Part shown: positions 1 to 9,568 of the stretch, piece by piece
How the letters are laid out: the number at the start of each line of letters is the position of its first letter
Numbering within the stretch: position 1 is the stretch's first letter
Assembly (NCBI GenBank): GCA_965212015.1
Contig: OZ243037.1
Coordinates: forward strand, 1,376,001-1,440,000
Reading direction: 5' to 3'
From: Cenarchaeum sp.
GTDB taxonomy: Archaea; Thermoproteota; Nitrososphaeria; Nitrososphaerales; Nitrosopumilaceae
Length of the DNA stretch: 64,000 bases
Program-made: the position numbers and the translations under genes
The notes under the pieces: model-generated
What the model saw: only the letters and a program-made list of their open reading frames with translations
Databases searched by the model: none
Told to the model about the DNA's origin: nothing

Positions 1-1
1 C

Positions 2-268
2 AATCAGAACTATGATGCGTATTCCAGATCACAGGAGGTCAGGGCGCTTGCGGGCATTGTCGGCAAGGCCGGCCTTACAAGCGTCGATCTAAAGTACCTT
101 GAATTCGGCGACGACTTTGAGAACGCATTTTTGTCCCAGGCAGTCGACGAGAACAGGACAATCGAGGAGACGCTTGCGCTGCAGTGGAAGGCAGTATCAA
201 ACCTGCCAAAAAACGAGCTGACCAAGGTCAAGGACAAGTACGTCGAGCAGTACTACAAGGAAAGATGA
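2..268 (+). CDS. atpB: A/V-type ATP synthase subunit B, C-terminal part (truncated by window edge)
   Basis: Frame 2 reads NQNYDAYSRSQEVRALAGIVGKAGLT...DENRTIEETL...KER*, the typical subunit B C-terminus; lies directly before subunit D. Confidence 0.93.
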   Translation, partial: NQNYDAYSRSQEVRALAGIVGKAGLTSVDLKYLEFGDDFENAFLSQAVDENRTIEETLALQWKAVSNLPKNELTKVKDKYVEQYYKER

Positions 269-271
269 CAA

Positions 272-907
272 TTGTCGTTTGGCCAGAATGTCGCTGCAAC
301 AAAGATTGAGCTCCTGAAATTCAAGCGCTCAAGCCAGGTCGCCACGATGGTGCAGAAAATCCTTGACGACAAGAGAAAGGTCCTTTTAAAGAACATCGAG
401 GAGATGATCGACGAGGCATCAAAGGCGCGCGGGGGAATATGGGACCCCCTCCAGGACGTCTACAAGTCGGTAAACGAGGCGTACCTGTCGCTTGGGACCG
501 GTACTGTCGACTCGGTGGCAGAGTCGGCCCCCGCGGTGATGCAAGTCGACATTGACGTCAAGCGTATAGTGGACGTAAAGATTCCGGCCCTCACCGTCAC
601 AGAAAAGGACACAAAGTCAATGCCCTACGGGTTTGCCGATACCAACTCGTCAATTGACAGGGCCTCAAAGCAGATAAAGTCGCTGCTGCCAAAGATCTGC
701 AAGGCAGCCGAGTACGAGAACTCTATATTCAGCCTTGCAAAGGCGCTTGAAAAGACGCAAAAGCTCCTCAACGCGCTTGAAAACGTAATAATTCCGCAGT
801 ACCAGCAAAAGATCCGCTTTATCATATCGACTCTCGAGGAGCGCGAAAGGGAGGAATTTGCAAAACTAAAAAAGGTAAAGGCCGCCATAGAAAGGAGAAA
901 GCAATGA
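272..907 (+). CDS. atpD: A/V-type ATP synthase subunit D
   Basis: Coiled-coil protein with LEKTQKLLNALENVIIP and LEEREREEFAKLKKVK motifs; follows atpB. Confidence 0.95.
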   Translation: MSFGQNVAATKIELLKFKRSSQVATMVQKILDDKRKVLLKNIEEMIDEASKARGGIWDPLQDVYKSVNEAYLSLGTGTVDSVAESAPAVMQVDIDVKRIVDVKIPALTVTEKDTKSMPYGFADTNSSIDRASKQIKSLLPKICKAAEYENSIFSLAKALEKTQKLLNALENVIIPQYQQKIRFIISTLEEREREEFAKLKKVKAAIERRKQ

Positions 908-1041
908 CCAAAGAGGAGATAAAAAAACTGCTGGATGAATCAAAGCGATCCCTGGACGAGGCGCACGACGGCCTGGGCGCCGACATTAAAAGCGATCTGG
1001 GCGGCTTTAAGAAAAAGACGCTCGATCACGCCTCAAAATAA
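904..1041 (+). CDS. small helical protein (45 aa) coupled to atpD
   Basis: ATGA overlap with atpD stop; MTKEEIKKLLDESKRSLDEAHDGLGADIKSDLGGFKKKTLDHASK; below the ORF-track length cutoff. Confidence 0.65.
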   Translation: MTKEEIKKLLDESKRSLDEAHDGLGADIKSDLGGFKKKTLDHASK

Positions 1042-1235
1042 CGCCGGCACGTACCGGTGCCAGGCGGCAAGGATTGAATCTGCCAACCGTTTTTCCGACC
1101 GCATTGGTCGTGCCCGTACTGTACGCCTGTGATCTTTGGCCCGCCCCATCCCCGATCCCAAATTTTGGATCGGGACCACGGATGACACACTTGTGAACAG
1201 GGTACAATTTTATACAATTATTATGATATGGATTT

Positions 1236-1373
1236 ATGATCGAAGACGATTTGGAGGATCTACGCGAGGATCTCTGGGATAGCATTGACAAGATAAAAGC
1301 GAGACTCTTGAACCTTGAAAATAGAATGGAAAAAGTGGATGGCAAAGATTCGGGATATAACGGCCTAGATTAG
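1236..1373 (+). CDS. small coiled-coil hypothetical protein (45 aa)
   Basis: MIEDDLEDLREDLWDSIDKIKARLLNLENRMEKVDGKDSGYNGLD; heptad pattern; TTTATA box about 25 nt upstream. Confidence 0.5.
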   Translation: MIEDDLEDLREDLWDSIDKIKARLLNLENRMEKVDGKDSGYNGLD

Positions 1374-1758
1374 AAACTATTGTGTCAGAGCGTTACCCCG
1401 AGTTTATCATCCATGAAATCACACTTGTACGGTGCCAAAGAATCATCCGTATGGATAGTGGGGAGATTAAAATTCGCCATTGACATTTGGGATCAAAACG
1501 CCCCCTTGACCGGGTTGACTGCGGATCTGTGATTGCCGGCGCGTCCCGGCTTTAGCTGTATTGGATAATCAGCGCTCTCCGATCCGGCCCCGTTCTCTTT
1601 TGCCAGAGTTATTTTCCTTGAACTATTATTTGGGGATTGGGCGCAATTTGGCGCAAGAGATCCGGTGCCTGTGGGCAAACATCCCCTCCCGGACCTAACC
1701 GATTACTGGTGCGGCATCTTATGATTTAAATATGGAAATATGAGGGGTTTACTCGTTA

Positions 1759-2070
1759 ATGAAACCTGTTATGATCATTTTGCTGGCAGTATCGGGGGCG
1801 TTTCTGGCATCCGGCATAACGGATGTTGCTTATGCCGCAGAGGGCGACGCCGCAGGAATGAGTGACGGCTCCAAGCTGATCGGAGCTGGAATTGCGTTTG
1901 GCGTGGCAGCAGGCGGCGCAGGCGTCGGTCTTGGCTATGTGGGCTCTGCGGGCCTTGCGGTAATCAGCGAAAACCCGGCACTCCAGTCCAAGGTATTCAT
2001 CTTTATCGGAATGGTGGAATCCATTGCCATCTATGGTATAGTAATGATGTTTATCATCCTGGGACAATAA
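1759..2070 (+). CDS. atpK: A-type ATP synthase subunit K/c (proteolipid) with N-terminal leader
   Basis: GAGIAFGVAAGGAGVGLG hairpin and GMVESIAIYG with the ion-binding Glu. Confidence 0.95.
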   Translation: MKPVMIILLAVSGAFLASGITDVAYAAEGDAAGMSDGSKLIGAGIAFGVAAGGAGVGLGYVGSAGLAVISENPALQSKVFIFIGMVESIAIYGIVMMFIILGQ

Positions 2071-2088
2071 GCCCCGAATCCGTATTTT

Positions 2089-2550
2089 TTAGCTATAGTC
2101 TATCTTGCTTACGTCGAGTATCCTTCCGCAGTACCTGCACTTTAGGATGAGGTTGCCCTTGTCCACCACGTCCATCACGGATTCCGTGTGCTCCTGGCTG
2201 TTCGTTATGCAGTCCGGGTTTGTACACCTGAAAATCCGGTCGATCTCGTTTGGCAGCGCCACCCGGCGCTTTTCGACTAGCTTGTAGTTTTTGATAATGT
2301 TCACGGTGGCCTTGGGGGCAATCACTGCCAGCTTGTTTGTGTCGTCGTCCCTGAGAAACCGGTTCTCCACCTTTATGATGTCCTTTTTGCTGAATTTTCC
2401 GCTGGGGACGTTCAGTGCCACCGTAATCAGGCTGCCGTCCTTTCCGCTGATGCCCAGGGCGCCTAGCACCTGGAGGCCCCTGCCCTCGTTGATGTGGTCA
2501 ATTACCGTCCCCTCCTTGATCCTGCGCACAATCAGTTCGGATTCCTGCAT
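2089..2550 (-). CDS. pyrI: aspartate carbamoyltransferase regulatory subunit
   Basis: IKEGTVIDHI, KKDIIKVE, CTNPDCIT...CRYC zinc site. Confidence 0.97.
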   Translation of the reverse strand: MQESELIVRRIKEGTVIDHINEGRGLQVLGALGISGKDGSLITVALNVPSGKFSKKDIIKVENRFLRDDDTNKLAVIAPKATVNIIKNYKLVEKRRVALPNEIDRIFRCTNPDCITNSQEHTESVMDVVDKGNLILKCRYCGRILDVSKIDYS

Positions 2551-2592
2551 TAGAATACTTTGTATATCTACCCGTATATATCATTGAAAGCA

Positions 2593-3522
2593 ATGAACGA
2601 ATTCTTCGGCAGGGACATTATCTCCATTAGGGATCTGGACAAGCCCAAGCTCGAAAAGATATTCGAAACCACGCAGAAAATCCTCGATTTCTCCATAAAC
2701 GAGCGCCGGGAGATAAGCAGGGGGCAGACACTGGGATACCTGTTCTTTGAGCCAAGCACCAGGACCCGGCTGAGCTTTCAGGCCGCCATAGCGTCGATCG
2801 GGGGCACGTCGCTGGGAATCGCCGACATTGCCTCCTCGTCGACCCAAAAGGGGGAGAGCCTTGCCGACACGGTAAAGATCATGTCCATCTATTCGGACGC
2901 GCTAGTCCTGAGGCACCCGCTTGACGGCTCGAGCAGGTTTGCCGCAGAGGTCTCCGACAAGCCGGTAATCAATGCGGGAAGCGGCACAGAGGAGCACCCC
3001 ACCCAGGCAATACAGGATCTGTTCACGATTAAAAAGGAAAAGAAAAGAATCGACGGCCTGAGCATCGGCATAGTGGGAGACCTAAAGTACGGAAGGACGG
3101 TATACTCGCTTTTGCAGGCGCTGGGAAACTATGACGTAAAGGTGCACCTCATCTCGCCGGAATCCCTCAGGGTGAGGGCCGACTCTATCTATGACATAAA
3201 AAAATGCCTGGACTTTACAGAGTCCGGGAGCCTTGAGGAGAACATTGACGAGCTAGACGTGATATACATGACGAGAATCCAAAAGGAGAGGTTTCCCGAC
3301 GAGGAGGAATACCTCAAGGTCAAGGGAAGCTATATGCTCGGACTAGACGTGCTGCAAAAGACAAAGGATGATGCGATAATACTCCACCCGCTGCCCAGGC
3401 TAGACGAGATTGCAGTCGAGGTGGACTCTACAAAGCAGGCAAAATACTTTCAGCAGGCAGAATACGGCAAATACACCAGGGCGGCCATGCTGGGCCTGAT
3501 CCTAAACGAGAACGGAATATAA
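2593..3522 (+). CDS. pyrB: aspartate carbamoyltransferase catalytic subunit
   Basis: FFEPSTRTRLSF, HPTQ, HPLPR motifs; ATG at 2593 preferred as start; divergent from pyrI. Confidence 0.97.
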   Translation: MNEFFGRDIISIRDLDKPKLEKIFETTQKILDFSINERREISRGQTLGYLFFEPSTRTRLSFQAAIASIGGTSLGIADIASSSTQKGESLADTVKIMSIYSDALVLRHPLDGSSRFAAEVSDKPVINAGSGTEEHPTQAIQDLFTIKKEKKRIDGLSIGIVGDLKYGRTVYSLLQALGNYDVKVHLISPESLRVRADSIYDIKKCLDFTESGSLEENIDELDVIYMTRIQKERFPDEEEYLKVKGSYMLGLDVLQKTKDDAIILHPLPRLDEIAVEVDSTKQAKYFQQAEYGKYTRAAMLGLILNENGI

Positions 3523-3564
3523 TTCTCCACAACTTAATTATGCGGCAATGCGCCACAAACCTAC

Positions 3565-4884
3565 ATGAAGTCGCTTCTTGCGCTGGGACCTGTCATTATC
3601 GTAATGGTGATGGCGCCTGCCGGCGCCTACGGCCACGGCCTGAGCCTTGATGCAATCCCGTCGGTGAATATCGACGGAACAAAGTCCACCATAACGGTGG
3701 AAATGTCTGCCGGCTCGGACTCGAAGCGGATCACGATTAGCGCCGCAAGCGATGCTACGGGGCAGAACGCAGGCGGCGTGACGTTTCTTGTCGGGGTTTA
3801 TCACGGAGGAGAGATTATACTTGATGACTATTTCCTTGCCGTCGACGGCATTGTCGCAATCGATGCGGTTGCCGGCACAGGCGGTGTGGAGGTCTCCGGC
3901 CAGCGACACGGGACGCCGGAGGCCTGGCGTGCTACAGACGGGCAGCCCGTAACTGTCACCGGACCGGTATTCCAGGATGCCGGCCTGTACACATTTGAAA
4001 TACAGGTGTACGGCGCAGACGGGCAGCCCCAGGGGGGCGTGCACAGGGCCGATCTGAGCATCACCGAGACAAAAGAGTTTGTCCAGGATGACGGGGTAAA
4101 ATTCGGGACAAGGTCGTATTTTGACGCAATAACCGGCCTGGAATACGACTCGCAGGCAGGAACGGTAAGCATAGAGATGCCGTTTGACTGGAGCCAAAAT
4201 ACAATCTCGCACATTCCAGTCGTCCACGTGGAGGTGCACTTTCCAAAGGACTTTGCAGAGTATACCAGCCCCAGCTATGCGGGGACCGTAAACGGCGTCG
4301 ATTTGTTCCGGTCGTCTGTCACCATAGACGACTATACAGAGCCTGATGAGCGCATCGTACATTTCGTGCTGCTTGCCAGCCACCTGCAGGTCATCAAAAA
4401 CCAGCTTGCAGATGAGCTGCCGGCCAACATGGTCTTTGGGCTCGCCATGAGCGACGAAAACCAGTTCCCAATGACTGCGTATACGGCAGGCGAGGAGTTT
4501 TACGTCGATCTCTCGTGGGAGCCACCGGAGATAATGCCGGACCAGGACGTCAACTTTATCTTTACAATACGTGACGGCGCCACCGGCTCCCCGCTGCGCC
4601 AGTCCTCGTACGACTTTGTGATAATCCAAAACGGAAAAGAGATTCACCGCGTGCACGACACGGCAACAGTCGGGGGATCGTTTGCAAAGTACACGTTTTC
4701 AGAGGCGCAGACGGGGCCCACAATAGTGCGCTTTGAGGACATACGCGGGACCGGTGCAGAGACTGAGTTCGGGCTGGTGATAGTGCCAGAGTTTGGCGGT
4801 GTTGCGCTTTTGGTGCTGCTAGTCACGATGGCCTTTGTCGTAATAGGCTGCAGATCATCTGCCTTTCGGGGAATTCGCATCTGA
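3565..4884 (+). CDS. secreted PEFG-CTERM sorting-domain protein
   Basis: Signal peptide ending AYG-HGL; C-terminal VPEFG plus TM helix plus basic tail; paralogous to 10536..12230. Confidence 0.88.
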   Translation: MKSLLALGPVIIVMVMAPAGAYGHGLSLDAIPSVNIDGTKSTITVEMSAGSDSKRITISAASDATGQNAGGVTFLVGVYHGGEIILDDYFLAVDGIVAIDAVAGTGGVEVSGQRHGTPEAWRATDGQPVTVTGPVFQDAGLYTFEIQVYGADGQPQGGVHRADLSITETKEFVQDDGVKFGTRSYFDAITGLEYDSQAGTVSIEMPFDWSQNTISHIPVVHVEVHFPKDFAEYTSPSYAGTVNGVDLFRSSVTIDDYTEPDERIVHFVLLASHLQVIKNQLADELPANMVFGLAMSDENQFPMTAYTAGEEFYVDLSWEPPEIMPDQDVNFIFTIRDGATGSPLRQSSYDFVIIQNGKEIHRVHDTATVGGSFAKYTFSEAQTGPTIVRFEDIRGTGAETEFGLVIVPEFGGVALLVLLVTMAFVVIGCRSSAFRGIRI

Positions 4885-4892
4885 CGTACCGG

Positions 4893-7637
4893 TCACTTGT
4901 AGACCAGGGCGTTTATTTTTCGCTTGTCCTGCACGCCCTTTACAAAGAACAGCGATGCGGCAATCACGCCCAGTGCAATTATGGGGGATGCAATTTCCGT
5001 ATATTCCGGCCAGTCTGCGTCCCGCCTGATTTCCCCGGCGGGGGATTCTGTAAGCTCTAGCACTGCAAGCTTTGATGGCTTTTGCTCGACAAACCAAATG
5101 TTTCCCCCGTCATCTGACGTGGTAAACTGCACCCAGGATTCCTCGGTGGGAATGGGTACCGTCATAATGTCGCCATTGTGCGGATCGTACGCCGCAAGCT
5201 TGTCCACAGTATGCATCGCAAACCAGACGTTCTGGTATTTGTCAAGTGAGGCGCTGTTTGGAAATGCGGCCTCGTCAGGGGACCGGACTCTCTCAAAAGA
5301 GTCAAGCACCGGACTGTATCTGGTCATCCAGCCGTTCTCCCGGTGCTCTGCAATCCACAGGTTTCCATCAGAGTCAAACGTTATGGTCTCCGGGGTGGCA
5401 AGCGGCGCATCCGGTGCAAGCTCTGTAATCTTTCTATCGTCTAGCTCCACATAGCCTATCTGTCCTATATTCTGCGTAAACCACGCCCGGGAATGGTCCA
5501 CTGCCACTGCAAACGGGCCCGAATCGGCAGTGGGCAGCTCGTACACGTCAAGCTCCCCCGTTGCATGGTCGTACCTTACGATGGCGTTTTTGTTTGCGAC
5601 AGAGGCCCACATGCCGCCTTTATCGTCCTCGTCAAGCGCTATTACGAAATTCTTTTCTGCCTCGGGGGCTATTCCCGAAAACTCTATAATCTCGAACAAT
5701 TCGGTCTCTGGATCAAGATACCCTATTTTTCCTGCCGGAACGTCGGTAAACCACACCCTTCCCTGCGAGTCGATCTCTAGGGTGATGCTGGCCTGCCCGT
5801 CAAACTCGTATTCCGTGAATGCCTCGTCCTGGATTGAAAACTTCCAGAGCCGCGGATGCGACGCATCGGTAATCCAAATGTTTCCGCGCCCGTCATATTC
5901 AGGATAAAGCGGCGCGCCCTTTACGGGAAGCTCGTATTCCGTGATTTTTGCATCCAGCTGATCCAGCCTTGGCTTTACCAGCAAGTCAAGTGTTACTGCG
6001 TCGTTTGCGCTCTGGGTTCTCTGCGCCTCAATCTCTACTTGCCACCGTCCCGAGAATCCAAAGGTCACATCGCCGCCGTAAGAGCCGGACCCGTCCCGCT
6101 CCACTGGTATCTCTATCGGGGTTATGCCCCGCTGCGGGTTTGAGACCTTTACCTTTAGCGAGCCCAGATCCGGCAGGGAATTTCCTGCAAGGTCAGTCGC
6201 CCTGACCGTAATAGTGTTGGCGCCGGCGGCAAACGGAAAGATATCCACATCAAAGCGGACCTGGTCTGCAAACTCTGAGGCGGTATAGCCGTATGCTGCG
6301 TCTGCCTGCACGGTCTGAGTCTCGCCCTCTGGAAGGGTCCCGTTGGTCAGCAGCGCCACGATTCCCAAAAGCGCGATTCCCAGGACCGCCTCTATCCTCA
6401 GGGCGCGCCCAAGCTTTTTGCTGACAGAAATTTTGGCTGAAATGTCTTTTAGCGCCACTCTTTGTATGCCGAACTGGTGGTACCCCCCCACCCCGATCAT
6501 CGCGCCGGCAAGCAGAATCTTTGCAATGATCAGCTTGCCATAGGTGGATTCCGTAATGCTTTTGACGTCGCCTTCCAGCATCCACATCAGCGTGGGGCCG
6601 GTGATTGCCACGATTCCTATTGCAATTACGATCATAATGGAGAACCTTGGAATCGAGGCGAGGGACATTTTCTCCCTGATGCCGCCGTCAAGTGCGCCAA
6701 ACGACGGGAGCAGGACGAATGCGAAAAACAAAATCCCGCCAATCCACGCGGCGGCAACCAGGTTGTGTATATAGTCGAGTGCGACGGCCGGCGGCTGCTC
6801 GCTTGCCATTCCGTGTCCCATCATGGTGGTGGTGGCAATGAGGACAAGGGACAGCGCCAAAAGCGGGATCTGTCCCGCAAACGAAAGGCGTTTTGCGCGC
6901 TCCATTGCAAACCATGCGGCCAAAAGCGCCACTGTCACTGCCATGCGTATGGTCCACGTTGTTCCAAACGAGGTCTGCAGTGAGTCAAAGACCGACGCCT
7001 CCAGCCTCAGGGTCTGGATTGCCAGCATTAGTATGTTTGATGCAAAGACGACTATAATGCCAAGGCCCACAAGCGACATGAATTTTCCGTGAAACACGCA
7101 GTCCAGCTTTTTCCCGACCTCCGGATCCCTTCTCTGCGTCCCCCACACAAACATTGATGCAATGACCGCGCCAAGTATTACGGTCTGCCCTACTAGTCCG
7201 GGAAACCTGGCGCCTGCCTCGGGAAAAAAAACCAGATCGGCTATTGCCTGCTCCTCTCTTGCTGGCGCCTCCACTGTCACGTCGCCGACTCCAAAGACGA
7301 ATGCGGACGGCACGAGATGCCCGTCGACACGCGAGAGCACCTTGCTTGTAACGGTGTATGCGCCCTCGCTTAGCGGCGCGGTAGTCACTATCAGGGAATA
7401 GTCCCCCTCGTGGTATCTGGTGTCCCTGTTGTCTATCTGCTCCCCGCTGCCGTCAAAGACCTTTAGTGCGCTGTGGTTGATCTCTATTGCCTCAGAGTAT
7501 CTCACTATTACCTCAGATATCCCGACTGGCGCACTTGAGAACCTGGGCGGCACGGTCTCTTCTGTAAACGGGTGTGCCGATACTGCAGTGACCCCCACCA
7601 TTATCAGGATCAAAAAGGCAAGCAAAATCCCCCTCAT
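4893..7637 (-). CDS. CopC/CopD copper-binding and uptake fusion with Ig-like domain and Vgb-like beta-propeller
   Basis: Signal peptide then AHP, VLSRVDGH (CopC); multiple TM helices with GH and HNLVAAAWIGG (CopD); repeated DxxGxxWF propeller blades; C-terminal TM. Confidence 0.88.
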   Translation of the reverse strand: MRGILLAFLILIMVGVTAVSAHPFTEETVPPRFSSAPVGISEVIVRYSEAIEINHSALKVFDGSGEQIDNRDTRYHEGDYSLIVTTAPLSEGAYTVTSKVLSRVDGHLVPSAFVFGVGDVTVEAPAREEQAIADLVFFPEAGARFPGLVGQTVILGAVIASMFVWGTQRRDPEVGKKLDCVFHGKFMSLVGLGIIVVFASNILMLAIQTLRLEASVFDSLQTSFGTTWTIRMAVTVALLAAWFAMERAKRLSFAGQIPLLALSLVLIATTTMMGHGMASEQPPAVALDYIHNLVAAAWIGGILFFAFVLLPSFGALDGGIREKMSLASIPRFSIMIVIAIGIVAITGPTLMWMLEGDVKSITESTYGKLIIAKILLAGAMIGVGGYHQFGIQRVALKDISAKISVSKKLGRALRIEAVLGIALLGIVALLTNGTLPEGETQTVQADAAYGYTASEFADQVRFDVDIFPFAAGANTITVRATDLAGNSLPDLGSLKVKVSNPQRGITPIEIPVERDGSGSYGGDVTFGFSGRWQVEIEAQRTQSANDAVTLDLLVKPRLDQLDAKITEYELPVKGAPLYPEYDGRGNIWITDASHPRLWKFSIQDEAFTEYEFDGQASITLEIDSQGRVWFTDVPAGKIGYLDPETELFEIIEFSGIAPEAEKNFVIALDEDDKGGMWASVANKNAIVRYDHATGELDVYELPTADSGPFAVAVDHSRAWFTQNIGQIGYVELDDRKITELAPDAPLATPETITFDSDGNLWIAEHRENGWMTRYSPVLDSFERVRSPDEAAFPNSASLDKYQNVWFAMHTVDKLAAYDPHNGDIMTVPIPTEESWVQFTTSDDGGNIWFVEQKPSKLAVLELTESPAGEIRRDADWPEYTEIASPIIALGVIAASLFFVKGVQDKRKINALVYK

Positions 7638-7752
7638 ATGCCTCCCTATTGCCCTTTTGACAATTTAAACAGTCGTCAAGTTTCTAGTCCGCACCGGGAT
7701 TCCCCGGCGCCGCTGCGTAATCTTAAAATCATTAAGCCCGCCCATTTTACCC

Positions 7753-8364
7753 ATGAAATGTTGTGTGGCGCTGCTCTCTGCGCTGATGCTAGGCGCGGGA
7801 CTGTTCTCCCCGGCACTGGCGCATACCACCGTAGGCGTGGGCGGCTATGAGATCGAGGTGGGATGGGGCACAGAGCCGCCTGTTGTGGGGTTTAGAAACG
7901 AGATTACCTTTGAGGTCAGCACCCCCGGCGAGGCAGAGGGCGTAAAGACGGCGGTGAAAAACGCCTTTCAAAACATGGATGCCACCGCCAAATTCGGCGG
8001 AATTACAAAAAAACTCGACATCAATTCTGCCACCACTCCGGGACACTATTTCTCAAACATAATCCCCACAAAGACCGGCTCCATTGCAGTCGTCATGAGC
8101 GGCGGCATAAAAGACACGCCGGTAAACGTTGAGATTCCCGTCGAGGACGTGGAGGGTACTGCCGTTCTGGACTTTCCGCCAAGGTCGGACTCTGGCGATA
8201 CGGCGGGACTGAAAAGCGCAATGTCCGTACTGCAAAAGGAGATCCGCGCGCTGCAGTCCGGGACGGGATCGGATGGTAATGCCTACAACTTTGCAGTGTT
8301 CGGACTGTCACTTGGTGCGGCGGGCGTGATCTTGGCGATTGTTGCAATGCTAAAAAGAAAATAA
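7753..8364 (+). CDS. exported membrane-anchored protein with predicted N-terminal His
   Basis: Signal peptide ALA-HTT, beta-rich domain, coiled coil, C-terminal TM plus KRK. Confidence 0.8.
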   Translation: MKCCVALLSALMLGAGLFSPALAHTTVGVGGYEIEVGWGTEPPVVGFRNEITFEVSTPGEAEGVKTAVKNAFQNMDATAKFGGITKKLDINSATTPGHYFSNIIPTKTGSIAVVMSGGIKDTPVNVEIPVEDVEGTAVLDFPPRSDSGDTAGLKSAMSVLQKEIRALQSGTGSDGNAYNFAVFGLSLGAAGVILAIVAMLKRK

Positions 8365-8377
8365 AAGGGGGGTTTTT

Positions 8378-9523
8378 CTAGACTCTTGGAATCATGCCGA
8401 GCTTTGTTCTTGCAGTTACTGCAATTATCGAAACAATTGCAACTGCCAGAATCATAGTGGCTATGGTACCAAACTCTGGAACGATGTTGGTGAATGTTAC
8501 AGTTTCTCCGATTGGTCCGGTCTTTGGATCAGCAACGCCGTATCCCTGGAATGTCACAGTGACGTCCACCGGGTCTGCCGAAACTAGTGCATCAGTTGTG
8601 TGTGTTCCGACTCCTTCGTGCTCGTGTGCTGCTGTCTTTTCAAGGACGGTTTCCCCGTTCTGCGTCACTATAACATCATAGTTTGCATGTTCGGTTTCGC
8701 CAAACTCGACTTTGATCTCCATTGTTTCTCCGGCTGTTGGTGCGGAAGCATGAATTTTGACCTTGGTGCCGTCAGATATCATACCTGCCGTGCCGTCCTC
8801 CATCATCATCATGCCGTCGTCACCCATCATCATGGTGTCGTCATCGTCACCCATCATCATGGTGTCGTCATCGTCACCCATCATCATGGCATCGTCGTCT
8901 GTCATTGCGTCGTCATCGTCACCCATCATCATGGCATCGTCGTCTGTCATTGCGTCGTCGTCGTCACCCATCATCATGGCATCGTCGTCTGTCATTGCGT
9001 CGTCGTCGTCACCCATCATCATGGCATCGTCGTCTGTCATTGCGTCGTCGTCGTCACCCATCATCATGGCATCGTCGTCTGTCATTGCGTCGTCGTCGTC
9101 ACCCATCATCATGGCATCGTCGTCTGTCATTGCGTCATCACCTGGTTCTTCAGCGGTAACAGTAACGGTTCCAACCATGTGTGGATGTACTGCACAATAG
9201 TACGGATAGTCGCCTGCTTCGTCAAACGTAACTTCGAACGTGGTTCCTGCTGAAAGCGGACCGCTCTCAATCAATTTAACAGCAGTACTGTTATCTACAG
9301 TGTGAAAAATGCTATCATCGTTGGTCCATGTTACCGTGCCGCCAACGTCAACTGTGACGTCGCTTGGAATAAAGCACTCGTTGGTTTCTTCACAACCTGG
9401 AGTATTACTACCCTCTGGCATGCTTACTGTAGCTTTTCCGTGATCTCCGTATGCTATGGGAGTAGCAGCTAGTGCTACGATAGCAAAAAGAACAAAGAAA
9501 GAGCCAATAGCTAATGTCTTCAT
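8378..9523 (-). CDS. plastocyanin/azurin-family blue copper protein with Met/Asp repeat insert and PEFG-CTERM anchor
   Basis: WTNDDSIFHTV and YYCAVHPHMVG provide the H, C, H, M type-1 Cu ligands; IVPEFG plus TM at the C-terminus. Confidence 0.92.
   Translation of the reverse strand: MKTLAIGSFFVLFAIVALAATPIAYGDHGKATVSMPEGSNTPGCEETNECFIPSDVTVDVGGTVTWTNDDSIFHTVDNSTAVKLIESGPLSAGTTFEVTFDEAGDYPYYCAVHPHMVGTVTVTAEEPGDDAMTDDDAMMMGDDDDAMTDDDAMMMGDDDDAMTDDDAMMMGDDDDAMTDDDAMMMGDDDDAMTDDDAMMMGDDDDAMTDDDAMMMGDDDDTMMMGDDDDTMMMGDDGMMMMEDGTAGMISDGTKVKIHASAPTAGETMEIKVEFGETEHANYDVIVTQNGETVLEKTAAHEHEGVGTHTTDALVSADPVDVTVTFQGYGVADPKTGPIGETVTFTNIVPEFGTIATMILAVAIVSIIAVTARTKLGMIPRV
8801..9142 (-). repeat. coding tandem repeat: about 6 x 45 bp (GDDDDAMTDDDAMMM) plus 2 x 27 bp (GDDDDTMMM)
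   Basis: gtcattgcg recurs at 8901, 8946, 8991, 9036, 9081 and 9126 (period 45). Confidence 0.97.
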
Positions 9524-9568
9524 TACATGGGTAGCATTGCGAGTAACATAAAAACCTCACTTGGATTT

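Noticed and set aside
3538-4656. Long antisense ORFs (also 17679..18380, 23424..24092, 41384..42040, 46008..46787)
   Set aside because: They lie opposite well-supported genes and carry no motifs of their own
8801-9142. 45-bp periodic repeat as a CRISPR array
   Set aside because: No unique spacers, in-frame coding repeat, and no cas genes in the window
8600-9253. His/Cys-rich plus-strand ORF (HHHGIVVCHC repeats) and the overlapping Ser-rich and Arg-rich ORFs
   Set aside because: Antisense shadows of the Met/Asp repeat; the minus-strand frame has a signal peptide, Cu site and PEFG anchor
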